This document shows, piece by piece, positions 1 to 9,127 of a DNA stretch of 32,000 bases; positions within the stretch are counted from its first letter, which is position 1; every line of letters starts with the position of its first letter. A program made the position numbers and the translations under genes. The notes below the pieces were generated by a model that saw only the letters and a list, made by a program, of their open reading frames with translations, was not told the origin of the DNA and made no database searches. The DNA lies in contig PRDJ01000036.1 of NCBI GenBank assembly GCA_003345555.1, positions 82,003-114,002 on the forward strand, in the 5' to 3' direction. This DNA comes from Candidatus Thorarchaeota archaeon. GTDB taxonomy: Archaea > Asgardarchaeota > Thorarchaeia > Thorarchaeales > Thorarchaeaceae.

Positions 1-20
1 CCTGTGCTGGGAGGACCTTC

Positions 21-28
21 TTTATTAG
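21..28 (+). promoter_or_regulatory. Possible TATA box (TTTATTAG) for the ABC operon
   Basis: Only AT-rich box in the 86 nt before the ATG at 87; GGGGAGG SD-like site at 74-80. Confidence 0.3.
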
Positions 29-86
29 CAGACGACGCTCAGTAGGAGCGACTTCTCCGCAGAGGCCAGCGGTGGGGAGGAATCAG

Positions 87-782
87 ATGAGTTCCGAGAA
101 TGTCATCGACCTAGACTCTGTTTCGAAGATATACAGGATGGGTGAGATTAAGGTTCCAGCCCTAAGGGGCGTGTCGCTGAGGGTAAAGAGAGGCGCAGCA
201 ATTGGAATCATGGGCCCGTCTGGCTCGGGCAAGACGACTCTTCTCAATCTTATCGGCGCGCTCGACCGACCAACGGATGGACGGGTCACTATAGACGGCG
301 TGGACATTACACACATGAGCGAGAGCGAGCTAACACTCGTTAGAAGGAACAAGATATCGTTCGTGTTCCAATTCTTCAACCTGCTTCCGGTCTTGACAGC
401 ATACGAGAATGTCGAACTACCGCTGCTCATCAGTGGAGTCCCCGAAGTGGAGAGAAAGGAAAAGGTCGACCATCTGCTCGGACTGGTCGGTCTCACAGAG
501 AGAGCAGACCATAGGCCGGACGAACTATCTGGCGGCGAACAGCAGCGAGTGGCCATTGCTCGCGCTCTGGCGAAACCAAAAGGCACGACGAGTTCCGTTA
601 TCGTCTTGGCCGATGAACCAACAGGGGACTTAGACACGCTTACTGGCTCAGATGTCATGAAGGTACTAATCGATCTCACCAAAGGAGAAGGAGGAACTCT
701 TATCGTGGTCACGCATGACCCTGATGTTGGGAAACAGATGGATAAAGTCTACAACATGAGGGATGGCCGCATCGTCGATTAG
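87..782 (+). CDS. ABC transporter ATP-binding protein, LolD/MacB family
   Basis: Walker A GPSGSGKTT, Q-loop FVFQFFNL, signature LSGGEQQRV, Walker B/D-loop VLADEPTGDLD, H-loop VTHD. ATG at 87 preferred over GTG at 72 because of GGGGAGG 6 nt upstream. Confidence 0.95.
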   Translation: MSSENVIDLDSVSKIYRMGEIKVPALRGVSLRVKRGAAIGIMGPSGSGKTTLLNLIGALDRPTDGRVTIDGVDITHMSESELTLVRRNKISFVFQFFNLLPVLTAYENVELPLLISGVPEVERKEKVDHLLGLVGLTERADHRPDELSGGEQQRVAIARALAKPKGTTSSVIVLADEPTGDLDTLTGSDVMKVLIDLTKGEGGTLIVVTHDPDVGKQMDKVYNMRDGRIVD

Positions 783-790
783 CTTTCGGG

Positions 791-3616
791 GTGAGCACGA
801 CGACCGCAGCTCCAGCCGATTACGGGTTTGTGCACGATCTGAGAAGGAAAGCTATCACACTCGTGTGCTTTGTTCTCGCATCGACAATCGTAATGGGAAT
901 AGGTACCTACATAGATTCGACATCCGTACATGAATGGGACAAGACTACGGACATCGGGCCTTTTGCCATGTCAGTCAGCGTATACGACCCATACGCCGGA
1001 CCTAGTCTCCTAGAGACTCTTGGCACCATCAGAGGCCTGCCGGGGGTAGAAAGAGCGGCCTATCTCGAAAGGTCATGGGGAAGCTTGAGCATTGTCAATG
1101 AGACCTACTATACAGGATACTACGGAGAGATGGTTGGTCTGGATTCCGACTTTCTCACCGTCTTTCCGAATTCATACGTCCTGACCAAGGGTCGACTGCC
1201 AACGAATGTTTCGGAAATCGCGCTCTTTGTAGACGCCTCTCAAGCGCTTCACCTAAGTGTCGGGGACAAGGTGAACTGCACACTTCCTGACTCGTGGTCA
1301 ACTCTCAGTGTCGTAGGGGTCTTCTCCGTTCCAAAGGAGCTTTACAGCAGCTGGAGTTACTATTCGGAAGTAGCAATACTCGACAGAGGGCTTTTGCAGC
1401 AGGGCAGCATCGTGCCCATCGTCCTCCTCGATGTCAATAGAACACTTCTGAGCCCGTTTGACGCTAATGGCGCTTGGAACTATCTGTCTGGAATAGAGAA
1501 GAGCATTCGGACTCTTGATCCAAGCTACAATCCTCCCTCATCCTACTTCTCACGGTTCGTGGTGAACGACCCGCTAGCGAATGCGATTGCCTCTTTCATG
1601 GGTTGGAGGACGGGAATGCGGTTCACTGAACTGATAAGAGGAGGAGCAGTCGTGCTGCTTGTCGTTCTCACGATGTTCTTGGCCATTCGTTTCAACATGA
1701 ATGACCGACGATACGAAAGAAGCGTCCTGACATCAAGAGGAGCTTCGAAGTCTGACTTGAATCGCATGGTCATCAGAGAACTTGCAGGACTTGCGTTCAC
1801 GGGGTTAATCATTGGTCTTCTCTCTGGTGTGCTAATCAGCAGGGTGGCTAGTACAGCCACGGGCTTCTTTGAATTTGACCAAGCACGGCTGTGGAGTGAG
1901 CCATTCCTAGTGACCATAGAATCGATTGCGACTTCAGTTGTCTTGGGATTGGTGCTGCCTGCAGCGAGCTTTGTAGTCTACACCGCACTCTACTCAACGA
2001 AATTAACTGGCGAAGTGCAGAGAGGAAGGCTTGCCAAGATGGTAAGAGTGTTTGTTCTTCTCCGTTGGGATTTCGCTATTCTCGTACTTACCGGGTTAGT
2101 CATGTTTCTCACTTACACCGCAGGGAGTGCGGTGAAGACGAACCCGGTGCTAACAATCATGGGGCTCTTGTCACCTGTCATTCTGTTCATAGGACTCTCC
2201 AGTCTTACTGTCAAGGGGTTCAGGCGCGGCGCGAACTGGCTGTCACGCAGGATATCCAGGATTACGGGCGACTTACCCGCTTACGGTGTCAGGAGAATCG
2301 GCAAGGAAGCATCGTCAGCAGGAGTCATCGCGGTCATAATTGTGCTAAGTCTGACCATTGCCTGGGGTTACGCATTTGTTGGTACCTCGATACCGATGAC
2401 AAAGATCAACCAAGCAAGGCTTGCTTTCGGGGCCGACGTAACCTTCCACATCGACAAACTGTCGGCCGAAGAAAGAGGCGACTTCGTTAGTAACGCATCA
2501 CTCAATTCAGGGGTGGAGGCCGGAGCAAGTCTTTCTGTACTCAGTATGATGCTGTCGGCAAGTAGTTATGACTACGCAACTGCTGTGGCGATGAACCCTT
2601 CGGAATACTTGAAGGTAGGCTATGACTATGAGGGGACTCCGCTCGAATCCTCAGAGCTCAGACAGGCTATCGTCAGTCTCGAGTCGACTCCGAATGGGAT
2701 AATCATTAGTTCTGATATCGCCACCGAATATGAGCTGAATGTTGGAGACACACTTCGAACATCTTACGAAAGCACAAATGGCTCCAAGGTAATCATCTTC
2801 ATTATACTCGCAGTTACGCCTGCACTCAGTGACGCGCTTCTGCTTGACACTGGTTATGAGCAACCGTACTCAGGACCGATATACTACGGAGCGAACCCGC
2901 CCCCGTACGATTCATCGCCATACTACTACTGGCCATTCTATCAAGTCGGCAAGAACACAATGTGGACAAACGGACAGTATCTCTCAGAACAACTCAACCT
3001 CACGGAGGTTGGAGTTCACCTTTATTGTGTGCGGACCACGCCAGATGCAAATGCCACAGCAGTTGCCCAGGAGATTATCGGTTCTGCCTGGAACGATACA
3101 ATCGGCGATGATGATTGGGCCTCGGTCACAAGAGATCTGACCGGATACATGAATCAAGCTGAATACAGGATAGACCGCTCCATCGACACAATGTTCACCG
3201 TGTGCATGATTCTATCCATGTTTGCGGCTCTCATTGTTTATGCCGGAGAGGATGTTCAGGCACGCCGTCGGGAAGTAGCCCTGCTCAGGGCGATGGGGTC
3301 TGACAGTCGTCTGGTGGCCAAGGTGCAGGGAGCGGAAATGCTTGTACTCGCGTTTTCAGGCATCCTGTTGACCCTCATCTTCGCACCCATTCTCATATTC
3401 AATTGGCTTATGTTGTATAGTACCAGTTTCTATGTCTTCCCTGTCATTGTAACGCTCATCGTTCCTTGGTTACAGCTCACTATCATTCTTCTTTTGTTCG
3501 TAACTTCGATTACCGCTTTCATTGTGCTGGTGGCCATCTTCAGCCCAAGAATCAACTTGGCAGTATCGCTCAATGCGGCTTGGGCAGAAGCTAGCCCCTA
3601 CGGAGGTGAACTCTGA
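791..3616 (+). CDS. Large ABC permease with two FtsX/MacB-type halves (941 aa)
   Basis: Architecture TM - extracellular domain - 3TM, twice. FtsX-like motifs 'RRYERSVLTSRGASKSDL' and 'RRREVALLRAMGSDSRLV'. GTG start, flanked by ABC ATPases. Confidence 0.88.
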   Translation: MSTTTAAPADYGFVHDLRRKAITLVCFVLASTIVMGIGTYIDSTSVHEWDKTTDIGPFAMSVSVYDPYAGPSLLETLGTIRGLPGVERAAYLERSWGSLSIVNETYYTGYYGEMVGLDSDFLTVFPNSYVLTKGRLPTNVSEIALFVDASQALHLSVGDKVNCTLPDSWSTLSVVGVFSVPKELYSSWSYYSEVAILDRGLLQQGSIVPIVLLDVNRTLLSPFDANGAWNYLSGIEKSIRTLDPSYNPPSSYFSRFVVNDPLANAIASFMGWRTGMRFTELIRGGAVVLLVVLTMFLAIRFNMNDRRYERSVLTSRGASKSDLNRMVIRELAGLAFTGLIIGLLSGVLISRVASTATGFFEFDQARLWSEPFLVTIESIATSVVLGLVLPAASFVVYTALYSTKLTGEVQRGRLAKMVRVFVLLRWDFAILVLTGLVMFLTYTAGSAVKTNPVLTIMGLLSPVILFIGLSSLTVKGFRRGANWLSRRISRITGDLPAYGVRRIGKEASSAGVIAVIIVLSLTIAWGYAFVGTSIPMTKINQARLAFGADVTFHIDKLSAEERGDFVSNASLNSGVEAGASLSVLSMMLSASSYDYATAVAMNPSEYLKVGYDYEGTPLESSELRQAIVSLESTPNGIIISSDIATEYELNVGDTLRTSYESTNGSKVIIFIILAVTPALSDALLLDTGYEQPYSGPIYYGANPPPYDSSPYYYWPFYQVGKNTMWTNGQYLSEQLNLTEVGVHLYCVRTTPDANATAVAQEIIGSAWNDTIGDDDWASVTRDLTGYMNQAEYRIDRSIDTMFTVCMILSMFAALIVYAGEDVQARRREVALLRAMGSDSRLVAKVQGAEMLVLAFSGILLTLIFAPILIFNWLMLYSTSFYVFPVIVTLIVPWLQLTIILLLFVTSITAFIVLVAIFSPRINLAVSLNAAWAEASPYGGEL
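3602..3609 (+). promoter_or_regulatory. Shine-Dalgarno site GGAGGTGA for the second permease
   Basis: Perfect archaeal SD consensus 7 nt upstream of ATG 3617, lying within the end of the upstream gene. Confidence 0.75.
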
Positions 3617-6442
3617 ATGTTCATACCCTCGTCCCTAGCCACGTATGGCCGACGGCTGGTCGTTTCCTTCTTCATATTCGCACTTTCCTCGGGAGTTGTC
3701 GGTGGCGTCTTCTTTTACCTGGACTGGACCGGACCCGAAGTGTTCGAGACGGGAGTCCAGCAGGTTCCAGTTGACATGCAGCTGGGTCTCACTTGGCCCT
3801 TCTATCAGCAAAACGAAACAACGCTGGAGAACATCACAGGGATGGTAAGAGAACAAGAAGATGTAGCAGGAACAGAAATCGTATCGTTCCTTCAGACTTG
3901 GGAATACTCCGCTGAACAGTACGAATATACGTCATTGACATACCTCGGGATAGAGCCTTCGTTCTTTGATACGTTCCCGAACGCCATCCTTCTGAATCCG
4001 GGCAGCCCCCCACTGAACAACAGTACATGTTACGTTCAGGAGGAAATGATGGGCCATTGGGGAGTTGATATCGGCCAGAACCTCACGATCCACGTCTTCA
4101 AGTACAACCAGTCCGGTTACGAGATAGAACTCAATGTGACACTGTTGGTCGTAGGAACATTCACATCACAGCTGTTCATGGAACAACAGTACTGGTCGGG
4201 ACCTCAGCTGTCAACTCTAAGGGTAGTTACAACGAGAGACTCACTGACCTTGGCCTTTGGCAATGCAAGCGCGTACGAGTATGGCGTTCCTCAGGAGCAG
4301 GTGTGGATTGCCTTTGACAGGGCCGCCGTTATAAGAGGAGGCGCTGCGGTCGCCACAGATGAGCTAACCAACATCAGAAGGCGAATTGAACAGAGAGCAC
4401 TACCATATGTGAGCGTCCCATACGATGGATTCAAGCTGCTGGATGCAGTAACCGAGTTTTCTGCATGGTCTTCCGATATGAGAGCCATCTCTGTATGTGC
4501 ATCCCTGCCCACAATTATCATGGGCGCAATGCTGGTTCACTACGAATCCACACTCACTGCGGACCAAAGAAGAAGAGACACGGGTACCCTCAGAACAAGA
4601 GGAGCATCGGGCATGCAGGCATTCATGTGGACAATGACTGCCGCTCTCTTCATGGGACTAGTTGGTAGTATCGGAGCAGTGATTATCGGCTACTTCGCTG
4701 CATCGCTCTCTGGTACTGTGCGGACCCTGCTCGAGTTTCAGTGGTCTCAATTTCAGTTGTTCGCTTTCGTTCCGCAGCCGAGCTCAGTTGTCTTTGTATT
4801 CATGTTCTCATTCATACTGGGACTGTTTGTGGCACTACCAGGCGCTGTCCGAGCTATGATAATGTCCGCATCCGAGGCCCGTGCTGCAGTTGCCAGAGAA
4901 GACCTGCCGACACCTGAGAAAGCCCAAACACCATGGGCGAATATCATTGGTCTGGGACTCAGTGCTTACGCTCTTTCGGGAATTCTGTCGTCACTCAGCT
5001 ATATCTCTGACGCAGGAATCCAGGCTTCACTGTTGATCACGGCACTTCCTTTTCTGGCCATCTTCATGTTCACTTTTGCACGACTCCTCTCTAGCCCCGC
5101 GGCCACAGTAAAGGCCAAAGTGCTGAGTTGGTTCAGGAGACCTTCGCTGTCAGCTGGAGCAACGGTTGTGGGCCGGAACCTAGTCCTATACCACAAGACT
5201 CAGTCGTTGGGAGTCATGTTTGTCGCTATGGTCTTTACAGCCGGCGTGTTCTCAGCGCTCTCCGCTACGACAGGCTACTACCACATGAGAGACCTTCTGA
5301 TGTTCCAAGCCGGCGCTGACATCAGAGTTGATGTGAGCTCCGGGGAAGAAAACATCACTCTGAGTATCATGGGTAATCTGACAACTATCGAAGGCATAGA
5401 GTCAGCCGCCGCCATGCTCTCAACAAATGCCTATGTCAGGTATACAGAATGGACGGATTACTACGGCTACTATACTCAGAATAGATCGATTCGCATGTTT
5501 GCTGTCCAACCTTCCGAGTGGTATCAGGCAGGCTTCTGGCAGCCTTATTTCGCATTAAGCGGCAATCCGCAAGCTTCTCTTCAACGTCTTGTGGAGAGCA
5601 ATTCAACCGTAATTACTTCATTCAAACCAATCCTCTCGCGTTCGTACACTCCTTTTGGCCAGACAGTCACTTACGGAGACACTCTCACTCTGACAGTTGT
5701 GGGTACAGGCTGGAAGAACCAAAGCGTTTGTACTATTGTTGATGTTCTCGGTGACGACCCGGCAGGGCAGGGAAGAGCTTACTTCCCTGGACAACCAGAC
5801 CTCACTGATTTCCTGATAATCAATCTGCGCTACGTTCATGCTTGTCTCAGGACTACCAAGATTGACAGTCTGTACATCCGTCTGCGACAGGATGCTAACT
5901 TCTCCCAAGTAATCGAAAAAGTCCACGATGTTGCGCCAGGCAGCTTCAAGACAATCGATTCGGGTCTCAAGAGGATCGATGACGCCCTTGCTTTGAGATC
6001 AGGAAGATCCATATTCGGAGTGTACACTTTGAATCTTGCGTTTTCGATAACATACCTGACAATCGGAATCGCTATCGTGTCCATAGAGAGGATAGGTAAG
6101 CTGAGAAGGCAGCTCTCTGTCTTCAGGGCACTGGGGGGAGAACCAAAGTCTATCGCCATGTCAATCATGGTCGAGACAGCAGTGGGGCTTCTGATCGCTG
6201 CGGCAATAGGCAGTCTCCTAAGTCTGCTTCTCACTTACCTTATCATGAAGGTCCCGTTAATGTTCTTCGGATCTCTCACTGCTACTCTCTGGTCGCGTCT
6301 GCCGATCGAGCTCGTTATTCCGACAGAGCTGCTTCTTTCGATTGTCGGGTTCACTTTCCTTTGTTCTTTGTGCTCAACCTTCATTGTTACGAAGAGAGGC
6401 CTTAGCGTCGGCATAGCCGAAGATATTCAGGTCGAGGAATGA
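3617..6442 (+). CDS. Second large double-FtsX ABC permease (941 aa), paralogous architecture
   Basis: Same layout as 791-3616; motifs 'RRRDTGTLRTRGASGMQ' and 'LRRQLSVFRALGGEPKSI'; 'FQAGADIRV' matches 'LAFGADVTF' of the first permease. Abuts the upstream stop directly. Confidence 0.88.
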   Translation: MFIPSSLATYGRRLVVSFFIFALSSGVVGGVFFYLDWTGPEVFETGVQQVPVDMQLGLTWPFYQQNETTLENITGMVREQEDVAGTEIVSFLQTWEYSAEQYEYTSLTYLGIEPSFFDTFPNAILLNPGSPPLNNSTCYVQEEMMGHWGVDIGQNLTIHVFKYNQSGYEIELNVTLLVVGTFTSQLFMEQQYWSGPQLSTLRVVTTRDSLTLAFGNASAYEYGVPQEQVWIAFDRAAVIRGGAAVATDELTNIRRRIEQRALPYVSVPYDGFKLLDAVTEFSAWSSDMRAISVCASLPTIIMGAMLVHYESTLTADQRRRDTGTLRTRGASGMQAFMWTMTAALFMGLVGSIGAVIIGYFAASLSGTVRTLLEFQWSQFQLFAFVPQPSSVVFVFMFSFILGLFVALPGAVRAMIMSASEARAAVAREDLPTPEKAQTPWANIIGLGLSAYALSGILSSLSYISDAGIQASLLITALPFLAIFMFTFARLLSSPAATVKAKVLSWFRRPSLSAGATVVGRNLVLYHKTQSLGVMFVAMVFTAGVFSALSATTGYYHMRDLLMFQAGADIRVDVSSGEENITLSIMGNLTTIEGIESAAAMLSTNAYVRYTEWTDYYGYYTQNRSIRMFAVQPSEWYQAGFWQPYFALSGNPQASLQRLVESNSTVITSFKPILSRSYTPFGQTVTYGDTLTLTVVGTGWKNQSVCTIVDVLGDDPAGQGRAYFPGQPDLTDFLIINLRYVHACLRTTKIDSLYIRLRQDANFSQVIEKVHDVAPGSFKTIDSGLKRIDDALALRSGRSIFGVYTLNLAFSITYLTIGIAIVSIERIGKLRRQLSVFRALGGEPKSIAMSIMVETAVGLLIAAAIGSLLSLLLTYLIMKVPLMFFGSLTATLWSRLPIELVIPTELLLSIVGFTFLCSLCSTFIVTKRGLSVGIAEDIQVEE

Positions 6443-7350
6443 ACAACATGTCTGAAAATCTAGAACAGATCGCAAAGGAGAACAAAATCGTCGTAAGAGA
6501 CCTGATGAAAGTCTATCGTCGAGGTACGAAAGAGGTAATCGCACTGAGAGGGATTGACTTCGAGGTGAAACCTAGGGAGTTCCTCTCCATTGTGGGTCCC
6601 TCGGGCTCCGGCAAATCCACGTTACTCAAGCTGCTTGGAGCCCTAGACAAACCAACTGCAGGAGTGGTTCTCTACGACGGCCACAATGTCACGCTCTTGG
6701 ACGATTTTAGGTCAATCATATACAGAAGACGTCAGGTCGGATTCGTCTGGCAGACGGGCAATCTCGTTCCCGGCCTCTCAGCTCTCAAGAACGTGAAGTT
6801 ACCAATGAAGCTCGCAGGGACTTCAGGACAAGCTGCAGATGAGAGAGCACGTACGTTGCTTGAGACAATGGGCCTTGAGAATAGAATCCAACACAAGCCA
6901 CACCAGCTCTCAGGGGGTGAGAACCAGAGAGTGGCAATCTGCGTTGCATTGGCCAACAAACCGGAACTGCTTCTTGCAGATGAAGTAACTGGTGAGCTAG
7001 ATACGGAGACGACCGAAATGGTGATGGAGGCTCTGAAGAGAATAAACACAGATTTTGAAACCACAATCATAAACGTGACCCATAACCCGAGAGTTGCCCA
7101 ATATGCCAGTCGTGTACTTCGTATCAGAGACGGGCTGATTGAGGGACAGAGGCACGTGCTGTATGGGGACATAACCGAAATCGACGCAAAGGGCAGAATG
7201 GTCATTCCAGAGACGGTGAGGCGACTTGCAGGCATCGAGAAGAGAGTTGTTCTGAAGGTCACAGCTCAAGGACTTCTTGTAGGCCCGCTAGAATATGAAG
7301 AGCAGGAGCAGCATTCACGGTCGCAGGACGACCAAGACACGGAGACATAG
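6439..7350 (+). CDS. ABC ATP-binding protein (LolD-like) with a C-terminal AbrB/MazE/SpoVT-like domain
   Basis: GPSGSGKST, LSGGENQRV, LLADEVTGELD, VTHN. C-terminal 'EIDAKGRMVIPETVRRLAGI' fits the swapped-hairpin pattern (xDxxGRxxIPxxxRxxxG). Start overlaps the upstream stop (ATGA). Confidence 0.9.
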   Translation: MNNMSENLEQIAKENKIVVRDLMKVYRRGTKEVIALRGIDFEVKPREFLSIVGPSGSGKSTLLKLLGALDKPTAGVVLYDGHNVTLLDDFRSIIYRRRQVGFVWQTGNLVPGLSALKNVKLPMKLAGTSGQAADERARTLLETMGLENRIQHKPHQLSGGENQRVAICVALANKPELLLADEVTGELDTETTEMVMEALKRINTDFETTIINVTHNPRVAQYASRVLRIRDGLIEGQRHVLYGDITEIDAKGRMVIPETVRRLAGIEKRVVLKVTAQGLLVGPLEYEEQEQHSRSQDDQDTET

Positions 7351-7470
7351 TTGGGTCGTATGGAGACATACCGAGATTGCCGGCGATGAGACCGTGCTGT
7401 GCGAAGTGGAAAAGCTCTATATGCGCACTCGTCCCGACGCGACTCGGTGTCTTCATTGAGTAAGGTCAGG

Positions 7471-7683
7471 ATGCCATGGTCATTCTATTCGGTCATCTTG
7501 ACATTCGGGGTATTCTTCTTCAGCCTCAATGTATACCTGTTCACAAGGTGGTTGCGGCACCCTTTGGCGAGCGATCTGTGGCTTGTCGGAGTTATTATCG
7601 GACTCGTGGGCTTGGTATTCTCGGTCCATATGGTACGAGTTCATCAGCGTGAGCTGATAAGAATGAAACTGAACCGAGAATAG
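7471..7683 (+). CDS. Small two-TM membrane protein (about 70 aa), unknown function
   Basis: Two hydrophobic stretches (FYSVILTFGVFFFSLNVYLF; LWLVGVIIGLVGLVFSV) and a basic tail. ATG 7471 chosen because the N-terminal extension from 7399 looks non-coding. Confidence 0.6.
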   Translation: MPWSFYSVILTFGVFFFSLNVYLFTRWLRHPLASDLWLVGVIIGLVGLVFSVHMVRVHQRELIRMKLNRE

Positions 7684-7737
7684 GTATCATTCATATGATG
7701 CTTCTAACCAGCATGATTCCAACTAGTGGCAGACAAC

Positions 7738-9045
7738 TTACGGATACAGTCGCCTGACATCGCGTGGGAACGGTACGCATTCTCGAATGTGCTCTAGATT
7801 GAGCATCCAGGTAATCAGTCTGTCAATTCCAACGCCAAAGCCGGAGTGCTCGACACTGCCGTATTTTCTGAGCTCGATATACCATTTGTACTTCGCCGGG
7901 TCGTCACCTATTCGTTGTAGGTTCTCTATGATTCGTGACTCCTCGTCTTCGCGTTGGCTGCCACCGATGATTTCACCAAAGCCCCTAGGTGCAAGAAGGT
8001 CATCGTTCCTGTATGTTCGCGGGTCGGCTTCATTGTGCTTCATGTAGAAGGACTTGATTTCCTTCGGGTAGAACTGAACAAAGAGGAACTTATCGCTGTC
8101 CCTTGTGAGAATCTCCTCTGCTTCAGTTCGAATATCCTCGCCCCACTTGATATCCAGACCCGCTTTGCTGCAGATTTCAACAGCTTCGCCATACGTGATT
8201 CTATCAAAGGGTGGCTTGACTTGTTCAAGCTTCGCGTAGTCGACTCCCAACTCCTTCAGTTCCTCTCGCCGGTTCTTTGCCACAGACTGGCAAATGTAGC
8301 TAATCAATTCCTCCTGTCGCTTCAAGTTGGCTTCATGATCGCACCAAGCTTCTTCAACCTCTAGATGCCAGTACTCAGTCAGATGCTTTCTAGTTCGTGA
8401 CTTCTCAGCTCTAAAAGATGGGGCCAGCGTGAACACTCTTTCGAGCGCAACAATCTGAGGTTCGAGGTGCATCTGTGATGTCTGCGTGAGGTAGGCCTTC
8501 CTTCCGAAATAATCAACCTCAAACATTTCGGCTCCCTCCTCACCCATCGTAGCCACGAACATCGGGGAAGTGGTCTCATAGAAACCATTCTTGCGGAGGT
8601 ACTCCCTTGAAGAGTAGAAGACTTCGTCCCTCACCTTCAGGATGTTTGTTATCTTTCGGGACCTTAGCCACAAGTGTCTGTAGTCGTTCAGGAACTCAAC
8701 GCTCTGGTCTTCTGTAATCGGGAACTCCTCTGCAAACTGAAGCACCTGCAGCTTGTCAACTTGAACTTCGTATCCACCTTCGGCTCTTGGATCAGCCTTT
8801 GCCACGCCCTCCAGTGTGATAAGCGACTCGACAAGCATTCTGTCTGCGTCCGCATATGTCTGATTACTGACAGATCCCTGTTTGATGACCGTCTGGACAA
8901 CTCCTGAATGATCACGGAGAAGGGCGAAGACCATTGTCTTTTGCTTTCTTATTCTGTGAACCCAACCTCGGAGAGCAACTTTCTTTCCATCATATTTGCC
9001 CTCGAGCACATCCCTGACATGAACGTACTTCATGTATTTCACCAT
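7738..9045 (-). CDS. asnS: Asparagine--tRNA ligase (class IIb)
   Basis: OB-fold start 'LRGWVHRIR...FALLRD'; motif 2 'PSFRAEKSRTRKHLTEYWHLE'; motif 3 'EIIGGSQRE...HSGFGVGIDRL'; C-terminal 'FPR...RLYP'. These match archaeal AsnRS patterns. Confidence 0.93.
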   Translation of the reverse strand: MVKYMKYVHVRDVLEGKYDGKKVALRGWVHRIRKQKTMVFALLRDHSGVVQTVIKQGSVSNQTYADADRMLVESLITLEGVAKADPRAEGGYEVQVDKLQVLQFAEEFPITEDQSVEFLNDYRHLWLRSRKITNILKVRDEVFYSSREYLRKNGFYETTSPMFVATMGEEGAEMFEVDYFGRKAYLTQTSQMHLEPQIVALERVFTLAPSFRAEKSRTRKHLTEYWHLEVEEAWCDHEANLKRQEELISYICQSVAKNRREELKELGVDYAKLEQVKPPFDRITYGEAVEICSKAGLDIKWGEDIRTEAEEILTRDSDKFLFVQFYPKEIKSFYMKHNEADPRTYRNDDLLAPRGFGEIIGGSQREDEESRIIENLQRIGDDPAKYKWYIELRKYGSVEHSGFGVGIDRLITWMLNLEHIRECVPFPRDVRRLYP

Positions 9046-9127
9046 GAAATCGTCTAACTAGTGGTCGGTTTGTGGTTTGCAGTCTACAGACAATAAAAGG
9101 ATGACGACCTGCCTCGTCTACCCACCA

